Positions 42,991 through 52,539 are shown, numbered from the stretch's first letter. The stretch is 64,000 nt of DNA from Clostridia bacterium (GCA_017414645.1 JAFQLL010000096.1:234-64233); one strand, 5' to 3'. Notes: a model not told the origin generated them from the letters alone. Translations and numbers: made by a program.

Positions 42991-43679
42991 TTGTTCAAAT
43001 AATAACCGATGCCTCTCTTTGTCATGATGATAAGAGGATGCGCCGGGTCGTCTTCGATTTTTTCCCTGAGACGGCGGATTGTAACGTCAACTGTTCTTAC
43101 ATCGCCGAAATATTCGTAGCCCCACACTTTTTCAAGGAGCATTTCACGGGAGAATACCGTTCCGGGCTGCGTTGAAAGAAACTTGATAAGCTCAAACTCG
43201 CGCAGTGTGAGGTCAATAGTTTCGGAATTTTTTGTAACCTCGTAACGCGAATAGTTAATGGAAAGGTTGCCGAAGGTTGCAACAGATGCTGTTGTAGCTT
43301 CTGTTTCGTTCACAGTACGCCTGAGGTTAGCCTTTACGCGGGCAAGCAGCTCACGCATGGAAAAGGGCTTTGTAATGTAGTCGTCTGCGCCCCATTCCAA
43401 TCCAAGAATTTTATCAACCTCTTCTTCTCGTGCCGTAAGCATAAGAATGGGCACACTCTGCTTTGTTTCTCTCACTTTTTTCAAAACGTCAAAGCCTTCC
43501 ATTTTGGGAAGCATAACGTCGAGCAGAATGAGGTCAACGTTTTCCGCCAATGCTTTTTTAAGACCGTCCTCACCGTCATAAGCGCATAAAACCTCGTATC
43601 CGCTTTTTTCCAGATTAAATTTCAGAATGTCAGAAATAGGCTTTTCATCTTCTACTACAAGTATTCTTTTTGTGCTCAT
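42987..43679 (-). CDS. walR: WalR-like OmpR-family response regulator
   Basis: MSTKRILVVEDEKPISDILKFNLEKSGYEV...DYITKPFSMRELLARVKANLRR is close to the WalR/YycF pattern. ATG 43679 with SD AAGGAGA. Confidence 0.85.
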   Translation of the reverse strand: MSTKRILVVEDEKPISDILKFNLEKSGYEVLCAYDGEDGLKKALAENVDLILLDVMLPKMEGFDVLKKVRETKQSVPILMLTAREEEVDKILGLEWGADDYITKPFSMRELLARVKANLRRTVNETEATTASVATFGNLSINYSRYEVTKNSETIDLTLREFELIKFLSTQPGTVFSREMLLEKVWGYEYFGDVRTVDVTIRRLREKIEDDPAHPLIIMTKRGIGYYLNK

Positions 43680-43812
43680 TTTCCCATCTCCTTTTTTGTA
43701 TATAATACACCATAATATCTTACCATATATTTTATAATAAAACCCCGTCGGTGTCAAGTGGTGAGGGATTCCATATCCGCCCGCCTATCCCCTTAAGCAC
43801 CAAATAAATATA

Positions 43813-43841
43813 TTGATTTTAAACTAAAATACTGATATAAT
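43813..43841 (+). promoter_or_regulatory. Sigma-A-type promoter of the FGGY kinase gene
   Basis: TTGATT (43813-43818), 17-nt spacer, TATAAT (43836-43841). Confidence 0.55.
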
Positions 43842-43871
43842 TATTGTAACTAATTAAAGGAGGGTTTATAA

Positions 43872-45470
43872 ATGGAGAAGAACATGATTATAAAAGATAT
43901 TGAAAGCGGAAAAACCGCTTTAGGTATCGAATTTGGTTCTACAAGAATTAAGGCAGTTTTAATAGGCAGTGACCATTCACCAATCGCCTCCGGCGGTCAC
44001 GATTGGGAAAACAAATTAGAAAACGGTGTATGGACATACGCGCTTGAAAGTGTATGGACAGGCGTTCAGGATGCCTATGCAAAAATGGCAGCAGACGTTA
44101 AGGAAACCTACGGTGTTGAGCTTACAAAGGTTGGTGCACTGGGCTTCTCTGCTATGATGCACGGCTACATAGTATTTGACAAAGCAGGCAAACAGCTCGT
44201 TCCCTTCCGCACATGGAGAAATGCCATTACAGAAGAAGCGGCTGACCGCCTCACAAAGCTCTTTAACTTTAACATTCCCCAGAGATGGACAATTGCTCAC
44301 CTTTATCAGGCAATTTTAAACAAGGAAGAGCACATTAAGGACATTGCATTTGTTACAACACTTGCCGGCTACGTTCACTGGAAATTAACAGGCAAAAAGG
44401 TTCTCGGCGTTGGCGAAGCAAGCGGCGTATTCCCCATTGACTCTACTAAGTGCGACTATGACCAGGACATGGTTGAAGCATTTGACGGTTTATTAAAGGT
44501 TAACGATTTACCCTTCTCTCTCCGTGATGTTATTCCTGCTGTATTAAATGCAGGTGACGATGCAGGAGTACTTACAGAAGAAGGCGCTAAATTACTTGAC
44601 CCCACAGGAAAATTACAGGCAGGCATTCCCATGGCTGCTCCAGAAGGTGACGCAGGCACAGGTATGGTTGCTACAAACAGCGTTGCTCCCAGAACAGGTA
44701 ACGTTTCTGCAGGCACATCTATTTTCGCTATGGCTGTGTTAGAGCGAGCATTAAAGGGTGTTTATACAGAAATTGACATGGTTACAACACCCACAGGCGC
44801 ACCCGTTGCAATGGTACACTGCAACAACTGCTGTACAGATTTAGACAACTGGGTTAAGCTCTTTGGTCAGGTATTAAAGGCAATGGGCGTTGAATATTCC
44901 ACACCCAAGCTTTACGACACACTTTATTTCGAAGCTGAAAAGGGCTCTAAGGACTGCGGCGGCATTCTTTCCTACAACTACATCTCTGGTGAAACAATCA
45001 CAGATGTAGCAGAAGGCAGACCCCTTGTTACAAGAAAGGCTGACGTTAAGCTTACACTTCCCGAATTTATGCGTGCACAGGTTTATGCAACTATGGCAAC
45101 ACTTAAAATCGGTATGGACATTCTCTTTGAAAAGGAAAATGTTGAGCTCGATATGCTCCTTGGCCACGGTGGTCTCTTTAAGACAGAGAGAGTTGGTCAG
45201 TCCCTCATGGCAGCTGCTATGAACACTCCTGTTACTGTTATGAGTACAGCAGGCGAAGGCGGTGCCTGGGGTATGGCGCTTTTGGCAGCATATGCTGTTG
45301 AAAAGCAGGGCAGAGAAACTCTTGAAGAGTTCCTTAATAACAAGGTATTCTGCAACTACGAAGGAAGCACAATTGCTCCCAATCCCGACGACGTTAAGGG
45401 CTTTAATGACTATATGGCAACATATAAGAAGGGCGTAGCAATTGAAAAGGCTGCTGTTGAAAACTTCTAA
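43872..45470 (+). CDS. FGGY-family carbohydrate kinase (substrate not assignable from sequence; pentulose/ribulokinase-like)
   Basis: 532 aa. N-terminal [15 protein letters not shown] actin-fold phosphate-1 motif and C-terminal [16 protein letters not shown]. Confidence 0.75.
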   Translation: MEKNMIIKDIESGKTALGIEFGSTRIKAVLIGSDHSPIASGGHDWENKLENGVWTYALESVWTGVQDAYAKMAADVKETYGVELTKVGALGFSAMMHGYIVFDKAGKQLVPFRTWRNAITEEAADRLTKLFNFNIPQRWTIAHLYQAILNKEEHIKDIAFVTTLAGYVHWKLTGKKVLGVGEASGVFPIDSTKCDYDQDMVEAFDGLLKVNDLPFSLRDVIPAVLNAGDDAGVLTEEGAKLLDPTGKLQAGIPMAAPEGDAGTGMVATNSVAPRTGNVSAGTSIFAMAVLERALKGVYTEIDMVTTPTGAPVAMVHCNNCCTDLDNWVKLFGQVLKAMGVEYSTPKLYDTLYFEAEKGSKDCGGILSYNYISGETITDVAEGRPLVTRKADVKLTLPEFMRAQVYATMATLKIGMDILFEKENVELDMLLGHGGLFKTERVGQSLMAAAMNTPVTVMSTAGEGGAWGMALLAAYAVEKQGRETLEEFLNNKVFCNYEGSTIAPNPDDVKGFNDYMATYKKGVAIEKAAVENF

Positions 45471-45480
45471 AATGAGCGGT

Positions 45481-45659
45481 AGAACAAAGTGTCTCCGACA
45501 CTCTCTGACGATAGTTGCAATTAAAGTAAACAGAGGAGAAAACACTTTGTAATGCCATGTGCGTTTTCCGAGCCTCGCGAGGAAATTCTCGCACGGCAAT
45601 AAAATCAAATTTATTTTTTGCCTTATAGGAAATGCGCAATTTCCTATAAGGTAAAAAAG
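45481..45659 (+). repeat. 178-nt structured repeat, copy 2. It starts 10 nt after the kinase stop codon.
   Basis: See copy 1 (15815-15992); same orientation. Confidence 0.85.
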
Positions 45660-45912
45660 TGTTTTAACACTTCAACCCCCTCTTCCGTTTGCGGTGCCCT
45701 GTATCAACTTCGCTAATCCGCTCGTTGATGACAGACCGCGGCACAGCTCTGCGCATTCGCTCAACCATCCACCGGATGCGCTCATGCTCGATTCCCCCAA
45801 TCTTGGGGGACGAAAAGGTACACTTTTATTTTACAAGCAAATATGCGCACATTCTGCGCGCAATTTCCTATGCAATAAAAAGCACAGACCGCACAGCAAT
45901 ATTTTAAAGATT

Positions 45913-45941
45913 AAACCCGACACTTTCGTGTCGGGTTTTTT
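45913..45941. terminator. Bidirectional intrinsic terminator
   Basis: AAACCCGACAC-tttc-GTGTCGGGTTTTTT. Confidence 0.75.
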
Positions 45942-45944
45942 AGT

Positions 45945-46346
45945 TTAAATTTTTTTATTGTAATACTTTAATGCCACAAGAAACGCTATATCCACAACAA
46001 AAAACAGCCCCATGACAATAGTTGCTTCTACTATCATATCCAGAAGCATTAAAGCAACAGCTGTAGCCAAGGATGCAATAATAAAAATCCCCATTGCAAC
46101 CATTGCAGCTTTACCTTGCACTATTGCCATTCTTTCGTCTTTGGCGCCTCTGATTTTGTCGAGCTCCTTTTCGTCGCCCTTTGCCCTCTTCCATAAACTG
46201 ACAAGGGCAGTTATGCTGACAGCAAGCATGCCTGTTCCGGCACCTGTCAGCATGCTTTCAGAAATTACAATGCCCCACACCAAAAATACAATACCAATTG
46301 CAAGGGGTATGCAGGCTTGTATCCATTGTCTTTTATTAACCTTCAT
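45945..46346 (-). CDS. 4-TM membrane protein, DUF2178-like, paralog 3 of 3
   Basis: 133 aa. Central loop KDERMAIVQGKAAMVAMG. SD GGAGG. Confidence 0.65.
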   Translation of the reverse strand: MKVNKRQWIQACIPLAIGIVFLVWGIVISESMLTGAGTGMLAVSITALVSLWKRAKGDEKELDKIRGAKDERMAIVQGKAAMVAMGIFIIASLATAVALMLLDMIVEATIVMGLFFVVDIAFLVALKYYNKKI

Positions 46347-46361
46347 AAATCACGCCTCCAA

Positions 46362-46766
46362 TTAAAACTTTTTCGAGTAATACCAATAAGAACCAACATA
46401 GATAAATATAAGAGCACATATTACGTAGGCAATTATCAAGGCAACCTCTTCCATGCCCATAAGTGCAAGTACTGCAGATGTGATAAACCCTACCAAACAG
46501 AAAAGTCGGTAGCTTAACGCCCCTGCTTTTGCATTTATCATGGTGTTTCTTTCATCGTATAAAGCATCAAATTCCTTAATTTTTGCCTCTCCGCCCTTTA
46601 AAATTTTTATCATTCTGCCTGTTTTGACAATCCCGGATACAACACTGCCCGCACCAAGAGGCATAAGAAATTGACTTTCTTTAATAAGCCCTGCCACAAA
46701 AAGAAGCACACCTACCATAACAAATGCCAGATTTATAAGAATTATATTATAAATGCGTTTTTTCAT
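46362..46766 (-). CDS. 4-TM membrane protein, DUF2178-like, paralog 2 of 3
   Basis: 134 aa. Loop YDERNTMINAKAGALSYRL. SD AAAGGAGGA. Confidence 0.65.
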   Translation of the reverse strand: MKKRIYNIILINLAFVMVGVLLFVAGLIKESQFLMPLGAGSVVSGIVKTGRMIKILKGGEAKIKEFDALYDERNTMINAKAGALSYRLFCLVGFITSAVLALMGMEEVALIIAYVICALIFIYVGSYWYYSKKF

Positions 46767-46780
46767 ACAGTTTCCTCCTT

Positions 46781-47209
46781 TTAATACTTCTTCATAACAA
46801 AAAATATAACCCTGTGCAAAAACAACCCGGAAATCAATACTAAAATGATTGAATTTGTTGGTACTTCATCAACATTACAGCACATAAGCACCCCTGCCAC
46901 CACAGTTGCCAGCGACACCACCAGTTGCCATGCTAATGCACCGGCTTTGGCGTACAACAATTGGTTTCTTTCGTCGTTTTCCGCCACTGCTTTTTTGTAA
47001 GAATTTTTCTGTTTCAAGAAAAATGTTGCCATAATTATAAATACCATGCCTACGAAAACAAGGGCACCGCCAAAGGGATACAAAATGTTGGAGAGCTTTT
47101 CAAAAATGAAACCTGCCAGCATTACGGCAAGACCTAACACAGCAAACACAACACCTGTTATGCGGTATTTACTTAAGCTTTTTCTCCATTTTAATTCCTT
47201 TTCGGTCAT
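46781..47209 (-). CDS. 4-TM membrane protein, DUF2178-like, paralog 1 of 3
   Basis: 142 aa. Loop NDERNQLLYAKAGALAWQL. SD GAGGAGG lies inside the end of the regulator gene. Confidence 0.65.
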   Translation of the reverse strand: MTEKELKWRKSLSKYRITGVVFAVLGLAVMLAGFIFEKLSNILYPFGGALVFVGMVFIIMATFFLKQKNSYKKAVAENDERNQLLYAKAGALAWQLVVSLATVVAGVLMCCNVDEVPTNSIILVLISGLFLHRVIFFVMKKY

Positions 47210-47211
47210 AC

Positions 47212-47409
47212 TTATTCCTCCTCGTAGATAAATATTTCTTCTATGCTCATGTTAAAATACTTTGCAATTTTAAATGCAAGCATGATTGATGGGTTATATC
47301 GTCCGTTTTCAAGCGAGCCTATGGTTTGGCGCGAAACCTCCAATACTTCCGCAAGCTCCTCTTGCCTTATGCCTCGTTGTTTTCTGAGTTCCTCAAGCCT
47401 GTTTTTCAT
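47212..47409 (-). CDS. Short XRE/Cro-type HTH transcriptional regulator (65 aa)
   Basis: LRKQRGIRQEELAEVLEVSRQTIGSLENGRYNPSIMLAFKIAKYF is an HTH_3 pattern. Confidence 0.85.
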   Translation of the reverse strand: MKNRLEELRKQRGIRQEELAEVLEVSRQTIGSLENGRYNPSIMLAFKIAKYFNMSIEEIFIYEEE

Positions 47410-47423
47410 GCAATCACTCCTTT

Positions 47424-47443
47424 ATGGAAAGTTTGCTTTCCAT
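47424..47443. promoter_or_regulatory. Candidate operator palindrome of the XRE operon
   Basis: ATGGAAAG-tttg-CTTTCCAT between the predicted -10 and the SD. An extra half-site GCTTTCCAT lies at 47481-47489, upstream of the -35. Confidence 0.5.
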
Positions 47444-47447
47444 TTAC

Positions 47448-47476
47448 ACAATAACATATACTTTTCAAAATGTCAA
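47448..47476 (-). promoter_or_regulatory. Candidate promoter of the XRE operon
   Basis: Minus strand: TTGACA (47476-47471), 17-nt spacer, TATTGT (47453-47448). Confidence 0.4.
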
Positions 47477-47500
47477 GTAAGCTTTCCATTTTTCTTAAAA

Positions 47501-47531
47501 AATTTTAAAAGGGAGAGCAAATTGCTCTCCC
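47501..47531 (-). terminator. Intrinsic terminator after the lipoprotein gene
   Basis: Minus strand: GGGAGAGCA-att-TGCTCTCCC followed by TTTTAAAATTTTTT. Confidence 0.7.
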
Positions 47532-47540
47532 TTTGTATTT

Positions 47541-48584
47541 TTACGGTGCGTATACCATGTTACCGTCCATGTCATAAACCTCGTAGCCTTCGCCCTTACG
47601 TCGGTCTACTTCATTACGCGCATTTTCAAAAATTGAATATGCACCAATCTGGCTTTTTGCATCGTTTGCGCTCTTTCTTACACGATATCTGACAGTGCCG
47701 TCGGATATCGCTGCATTTGGGTTGTAAACTAAGTTGCCGTCAGTATCATACACCTCATAGCCGTCTGCTTTGCGCTGCTCTGCCAGTTTTTTGGCAGATT
47801 CATAATTTTTAAAGGCACCAATCTGGCTTTCAGCATTGCTTGCCGACTTTCTTACCCTGTACAATGTGCCTGAACTTACAGTCTCCTGCTCTGCGGGCTC
47901 ATATACTACAACGGGCTGGCTCTTTGTTTCATAAGCAATATTCTTTAAAACGTTGTATTCCGAATCGGTGCAGGTCCATTCCCAACCAACAGTGTTATCT
48001 GTTAAGCTGTAGGAAAACTCATAAACACGTGTTATTTCCATTGCAAAGTCGCGCTTTGCTGTTGTGCTTGTAAGCTTCGCCTTGACGGTTTGCTCTGTTT
48101 TATCCTGGCTGAGAGTTTCGGAAAGAATGCTTACGGTCGCATCTGTTATGTCGATGCCGTAATCAGCAGCCGCACGGGTTTTCAATATTTCTTTTACGCT
48201 GTCAAGCTCTTTAGCATCTATGCCCTTTTCGGGTGTAACCGCCCATTTTTCCTTGTCGGTAATTTCAACTTCGTCCAGAATCCAACCACCAACAGTGTAG
48301 AGATTATACGTAAGCTTATAATACATTTCGCATTTTACAGACTCGGTTGAGCCTATAGCCTTTACATAAACTTCGTCTTTCTTGTCTTCTACGTTGCGCT
48401 TTACAATATTAAGTGCGCTGATTTCAACGTATTCTTCGAAGCCTAAGGGCCATGCAGCCAAATCTTCAAGAAGCTTTGAAGTGTCTTCTTCTGACTGTAC
48501 TCGGCTGTTGGGCTTGTCGCAACCACAGCAAATTACACTTAAAAGCATGCTTAAAGCAAGCAAAACCATAGTAAGTTTTTTCAT
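47541..48584 (-). CDS. Putative lipoprotein with two C-terminal repeats of about 48 aa (SPOR-like / cell-wall-binding-like)
   Basis: MKKLTMVLLALSMLLSVICCGC signal/lipobox-like. Repeats YRVRKSASNAESQIGAFKNYESAKKLAEQRKADGYEVYDTDGNLVYNP and YRVRKSANDAKSQIGAYSIFENARNEVDRRKGEGYEVYDMDGNMVYAP. ATG 48584 with SD GAGAAGG. Confidence 0.65.
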   Translation of the reverse strand: MKKLTMVLLALSMLLSVICCGCDKPNSRVQSEEDTSKLLEDLAAWPLGFEEYVEISALNIVKRNVEDKKDEVYVKAIGSTESVKCEMYYKLTYNLYTVGGWILDEVEITDKEKWAVTPEKGIDAKELDSVKEILKTRAAADYGIDITDATVSILSETLSQDKTEQTVKAKLTSTTAKRDFAMEITRVYEFSYSLTDNTVGWEWTCTDSEYNVLKNIAYETKSQPVVVYEPAEQETVSSGTLYRVRKSASNAESQIGAFKNYESAKKLAEQRKADGYEVYDTDGNLVYNPNAAISDGTVRYRVRKSANDAKSQIGAYSIFENARNEVDRRKGEGYEVYDMDGNMVYAP

Positions 48585-48677
48585 TAAAACCCTTCTCTCA
48601 ACATATTTTATACATAGAATTATATCTATTTTGTCAACTTTTGTCAACAAGCTTGCCGTTGAGTTTTAAATGGTTTA

Positions 48678-48706
48678 TTGCAAATTTAAATTTAATGTGG
48701 TACTAT
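48678..48706 (+). promoter_or_regulatory. Sigma-A-type promoter of tcdA
   Basis: TTGCAA (48678-48683), 17-nt spacer ending TGg, TACTAT (48701-48706). Confidence 0.5.
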
Positions 48707-48722
48707 ATTTTCAGGTGATATT

Positions 48723-49421
48723 ATGAACGAAAGATTTTCACGGACGGAGCTACTTATTGGCACGGACGCAATGGAAAAGCTTAAAAATTCTCACGTTTGT
48801 GTTTTTGGTGTTGGCGGTGTTGGCGGTTACGTTTGCGAGGCGTTAGCACGAAGCGGCGTGGGCTATCTTACGTTAGTTGATAACGATACTGTAAGTGTAA
48901 GCAACATTAACCGCCAGATTTTCGCCTTAACTTCAACTGTAGGCATGCTGAAAACAGCTGCCGCAAAGGAAAGGCTTACGGATATTAATCCCGGGATAAA
49001 AATAACAGAACACAATATGTTTTACCTGCCCGAAACCGCAGATGAAATTGATTTAACACAGTTTGACTATGTTGTTGATGCAATCGACACAGTGACTGCC
49101 AAAATATACCTTGCGCAGAAGTGTGCCGAATTAAATGTGCCACTTATTTCGTCTATGGGCACAGGCAACAAGCTTGACCCGACAGCATTCGAAGTGACAG
49201 ATATTTATAAAACCTCTGTTTGCCCCCTTGCAAGGGTTATGCGCACAGAGCTTAAGAAGCGCAATGTTAAAAAATTAAAGGTTGTGTATTCAAAGGAGCA
49301 GCCTGAAAATGCTGTTGCCGATTCTTCCAATGGCCGACACGCCCCCGGAAGTAATGCATTTGTGCCTTCTGTTGCAGGGCTTGTAATTGCAAGTGAAGTT
49401 ATAAAGGACTTAACATTGTAA
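48723..49421 (+). CDS. tcdA: tRNA threonylcarbamoyladenosine dehydratase (ThiF/MoeB-like E1 fold)
   Basis: RFSRTELLIGTDAMEKLKNSHVCVFGVGGVGGYVCEALARSGVGYLTLVDNDTVSVSNINRQI. Confidence 0.85.
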   Translation: MNERFSRTELLIGTDAMEKLKNSHVCVFGVGGVGGYVCEALARSGVGYLTLVDNDTVSVSNINRQIFALTSTVGMLKTAAAKERLTDINPGIKITEHNMFYLPETADEIDLTQFDYVVDAIDTVTAKIYLAQKCAELNVPLISSMGTGNKLDPTAFEVTDIYKTSVCPLARVMRTELKKRNVKKLKVVYSKEQPENAVADSSNGRHAPGSNAFVPSVAGLVIASEVIKDLTL

Positions 49422-49497
49422 GGCCCTTACACCTCATCCACCGCTGACGCGGTCCCCTTTCCCCTCAAGGGGAAGGCAGAAAGGAGAATAATATATT

Positions 49498-50085
49498 ATG
49501 GCAAAACAAGTCTGGAAACCCGGAACAATACTCGCCCCTGTACCCCCCGTGCTGGTAAGCTGCTCTTTTAACGGCGAGGATAACCTCATTACCGCTGCAT
49601 GGTGCGGCATTATAAATTCTGAGCCTGCAAAAACCTATGTGTCTATCCGCCCGGAGAGATATTCCCACCACATGATAAAGGAAAGCGGCGAATTTGTAAT
49701 TAACATGCCTTCCAGTCATATTATCCGCTCTATTGACTATTGTGGTTGCAGAAGCGGTAAAAACACCGACAAATTCGCTGACTGCAAATTAACTAAGGAA
49801 AAGGCATCTGTTGTCAACTGCCCAATGGTTGCGGAAAGCCCCATAAGCCTTGAGTGCAAGGTAACAGATATTGTGCACCTTGGTAGCCACGACATGTTTA
49901 TGGCAGATATTGTTGCCGTGAATGTTGATGAAAAATATATTGACGAAAAGGGTAAGTTCCATATTGAAAAATGCTCTCTTGCAGCCTACGCTCACGGGCA
50001 GTATTTTGCCTTGGGTAAAAAGATAGGCTCCTTTGGATATTCGGTAAAGAAGAAGGCATCTGACAATAAAAAGAAAAAAAGATGA
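49498..50085 (+). CDS. Flavin reductase-like (FMN-binding split-barrel) protein
   Basis: PVPPVLVSCSFNGEDNLITAAWCGIINSEPAKTYVSIRPERYSHHMIKESGEFVINMP. SD AAAGGAG. Confidence 0.75.
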   Translation: MAKQVWKPGTILAPVPPVLVSCSFNGEDNLITAAWCGIINSEPAKTYVSIRPERYSHHMIKESGEFVINMPSSHIIRSIDYCGCRSGKNTDKFADCKLTKEKASVVNCPMVAESPISLECKVTDIVHLGSHDMFMADIVAVNVDEKYIDEKGKFHIEKCSLAAYAHGQYFALGKKIGSFGYSVKKKASDNKKKKR

Positions 50086-50086
50086 C

Positions 50087-50116
50087 AAAAACCTCGGACA
50101 AATGTCCGAGGTTTTT
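50087..50116. terminator. Bidirectional terminator between the flavin reductase gene and galT
   Basis: AAAAACCTCGGAC-aaat-GTCCGAGGTTTTT. Confidence 0.75.
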
Positions 50117-50127
50117 AAAATTTTTGA

Positions 50128-51624
50128 TTATTTAATTGTAGCAACAAATCTGTCAAAGGCTGCCTTGCCTTCTTCAGTTCTCTTGTAAACGCCTGCGTGT
50201 TCAAGTACGCCTACGAATACCTTACCTACTTCGTCGTGGAGAATATCCATTACGTTATCAGAATTGATATCAGCATAGTTTGCCTTAATCATTTCAGCCC
50301 ACTGGGCATGGCTTTCTGTTTCGGGAGTATTCATGAGCTTGTTATTTACTAAGCAGTCTGCAACTGCGTCAAGCTCTTCAACAAGACGAGCAGGCAATAC
50401 TGCAAGACCCATAACCTCGATAAGACCGATGTTTTCCTTTTTGATGTGGTGGTATTCTGCATGGGGGTGATATACGCCCATGGGGTGTTCTTCTGTTGTG
50501 ATGTTGTTACGAAGAACAAGGTCCATAACGTACTTGCCGTCAGCCATGGAAGCAATGGGTGTGATAGTGTTATGAGGTGTACCCTCTGTTTCAGCGAAGA
50601 TGAACGCCGCTTCGTCACTATAGCCACGCCATGCAGCAAGAATCTTTGCGGAAAGCTCACAGATTTTAGCTGTATCGCTGCTCTTAAGGCGGATAACGCT
50701 CATGGGCCAGTTAAGACGGCTTACTTCGATGTCCTCATAGCCTGCGATTGTGTAGAATTTTTCGCTTTCTGCCTTACGCATTGCAAAAACATGGTTACCA
50801 CCCTGGAAATGCTCATGCGTAAGGATAGAGCCGCCAACGATGGGCAAATCGGCATTGGAACCAACTATGTAATGGTTAAAGCGTGTGATAAAGTCAAGAA
50901 GCTTGCCGAAAACCTTATCGTCGATAACCATGGGCACATGCTTTGAGTTGAATACGATGCAGTGCTCGTTATAGTAAACATAGGGAGAGTACTGGAAGCA
51001 CCATTCCTGACCAACAATGTCGATGGGAATAATTCTGTGGTTTGCTCTTGCAGGGTGATTAACTCTGCCTGCGTAGCCTTCGTTTTCAACGCAGAGCTGG
51101 CAAGCAGGATAGCTTACAGATGCCTGAAGTTTAGCCGCTGCAATAGCCTTGGGGTCCTTTTCGGGCTTAGAGCGGTTAATTGTAATTTCAATTTCACCAT
51201 AGGGAGATTCTACTTCCCACTTAACGTCCTTTTTAATTCTGCCACGACGGATGTAGTTGTTGTCGCAGGAGAGCTTGTAGAAATAATCTGTAGCGTCCTT
51301 GCTGCTCTTTTCATAAAGAGAGTTGAACTTATCAATAACTGTAGAGGGATAGGGAGTTAAAATATCCATAACCTCTGTGTCGAAAAGGTCACGGTAAACA
51401 ACGCTATCGTTTTCGATAAGACCTTTTTCCACTGCAAAGTCAAGAATACCCTTCAAAATTTCGTCAATTTCTTCGATTGCCGTGCAAACTTCGCCTGTGG
51501 GCTCGTAAGCGTCCAAGCCCAGCTTTTCAAGAAGACGGTTAATAACGTACATCTTGTCTGTTTCCTTAATAAGATTGGTCATTAAACCGTAGGAAACAAG
51601 CTTATCAATGTTTTTGTAAATCAT
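50128..51624 (-). CDS. galT: Galactose-1-phosphate uridylyltransferase, long Gram-positive type
   Basis: ITINRSKPEKDPKAIAAAK, YPACQLCVENEGYAGRVNHPARANHRIIP, GSNADLPIVGGSILTHEHFQGG, HIKKENIGLIEVMGLAVLPARL. ATG 51624 with SD AAGGGTGG. Confidence 0.9.
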   Translation of the reverse strand: MIYKNIDKLVSYGLMTNLIKETDKMYVINRLLEKLGLDAYEPTGEVCTAIEEIDEILKGILDFAVEKGLIENDSVVYRDLFDTEVMDILTPYPSTVIDKFNSLYEKSSKDATDYFYKLSCDNNYIRRGRIKKDVKWEVESPYGEIEITINRSKPEKDPKAIAAAKLQASVSYPACQLCVENEGYAGRVNHPARANHRIIPIDIVGQEWCFQYSPYVYYNEHCIVFNSKHVPMVIDDKVFGKLLDFITRFNHYIVGSNADLPIVGGSILTHEHFQGGNHVFAMRKAESEKFYTIAGYEDIEVSRLNWPMSVIRLKSSDTAKICELSAKILAAWRGYSDEAAFIFAETEGTPHNTITPIASMADGKYVMDLVLRNNITTEEHPMGVYHPHAEYHHIKKENIGLIEVMGLAVLPARLVEELDAVADCLVNNKLMNTPETESHAQWAEMIKANYADINSDNVMDILHDEVGKVFVGVLEHAGVYKRTEEGKAAFDRFVATIK

Positions 51625-51673
51625 TTTCAACCACCCTTTATAAATTATTAAAAAATTATATATATATGATAGC

Positions 51674-51710
51674 AAAAAATGGCGAAAAATACAAGTGTAT
51701 TTTTCGCCAT
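51674..51710 (-). terminator. Intrinsic terminator after rhaD
   Basis: Minus strand: ATGGCGAAAAATAC-actt-GTATTTTTCGCCAT followed by TTTTT. Confidence 0.75.
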
Positions 51711-51723
51711 TTGATTCTTCTTA

Positions 51724-52539
51724 TTACAGATTAAGGAAATCCTTTCTGTATTTTACACCGAAGGCTTCTGCAAGCTCTACCATTTCACTATCCTTAATTG
51801 TGTTAATTCTGGGAAGATGAGCTGTGAGCATGTAAATCTGCGCTGCTTTTTCAACAGTTTCGATTAAGCCGAAGGTTTCGTCCATATCCTTACCTGCGCC
51901 GTAGATGCCATGCATGCCCCATACAACAAGGCGGAATTCCTTCATTTTTTCGGCTGTTGCTTCACCAATTGTGTTATTACCGCAAAGCATCCAGGGAAGC
52001 ACGCCCACGCCATCGGGGAAAACAACAATACATTCGGTGCACATTTCCCAAAGCGTGTGAGTAAACTTCTTTTCGTCAAGCTCATGTACGTAATTCATTG
52101 CCAGAGTATGTGTGGGGTGAGAGTGGATAACTACTCTGTTTTCGGGGTCTACACTAAGACGTGCCATGTGGCTCATAAGGTGAGCCGGGAGCTCGGAAGT
52201 AAACTTTCCGCCGTCCTTATAGCCCCATAAAAGCTCAGCTGTTGTGCCGTCTTCAGCAATGCGGATAATGCCAAGATTTGTTTCGGGGTCGTCCTTTACA
52301 TTTTTAAAATACTTGCCTGTGCCTGTTACGATAAAGATTTTGCCGATTAAGCTTTTTGCCTCAAAGCCTGTGGGAATTGTGCGGATAACCTTATTAAGGT
52401 CAAGGTATTCGGCGACCTCATCATTTTCTAACATATAGCTTATATTACCGCCGTTTCTTTCGTCCCAGCCAAGGCGATACATGTTGGCTGTAGTGTTCAT
52501 CATTTCCTTCACAAAGGGCGCAGTTAAAATGTCTTTCAT
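51724..52539 (-). CDS. rhaD: Rhamnulose-1-phosphate aldolase
   Basis: GWDERNGGNIS, FIVTGTGKYFKN, SELPAHLMSH and VVFPDGVGVLPWM align with E. coli RhaD motifs. Confidence 0.9.
   Translation of the reverse strand: MKDILTAPFVKEMMNTTANMYRLGWDERNGGNISYMLENDEVAEYLDLNKVIRTIPTGFEAKSLIGKIFIVTGTGKYFKNVKDDPETNLGIIRIAEDGTTAELLWGYKDGGKFTSELPAHLMSHMARLSVDPENRVVIHSHPTHTLAMNYVHELDEKKFTHTLWEMCTECIVVFPDGVGVLPWMLCGNNTIGEATAEKMKEFRLVVWGMHGIYGAGKDMDETFGLIETVEKAAQIYMLTAHLPRINTIKDSEMVELAEAFGVKYRKDFLNL

Noticed and set aside
44874-45608. 244-aa minus-strand ORF (and its 66-aa look-alike at 15733-15933) sharing MPCENFLARLGKRTWHYKVFSPLFTLIATIVRE
   Set aside because: The shared peptide is just the translation of the 178-nt repeat. 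The rest of the 244-aa ORF is antisense to the FGGY kinase. It has no SD, and the similarity stops at the repeat boundary. I treat it as a non-coding repeat.
49440-49476. GC-rich twin hairpin (ACCGC-tgac-GCGGT, CCCCTTTCCCC-tcaa-GGGGAAGG) between tcdA and the flavin reductase gene
   Set aside because: There is no U tract, so it is not a canonical terminator. There is no second copy in the window and no recognisable RNA family. It is probably a weak attenuator or stabiliser and is left unannotated.
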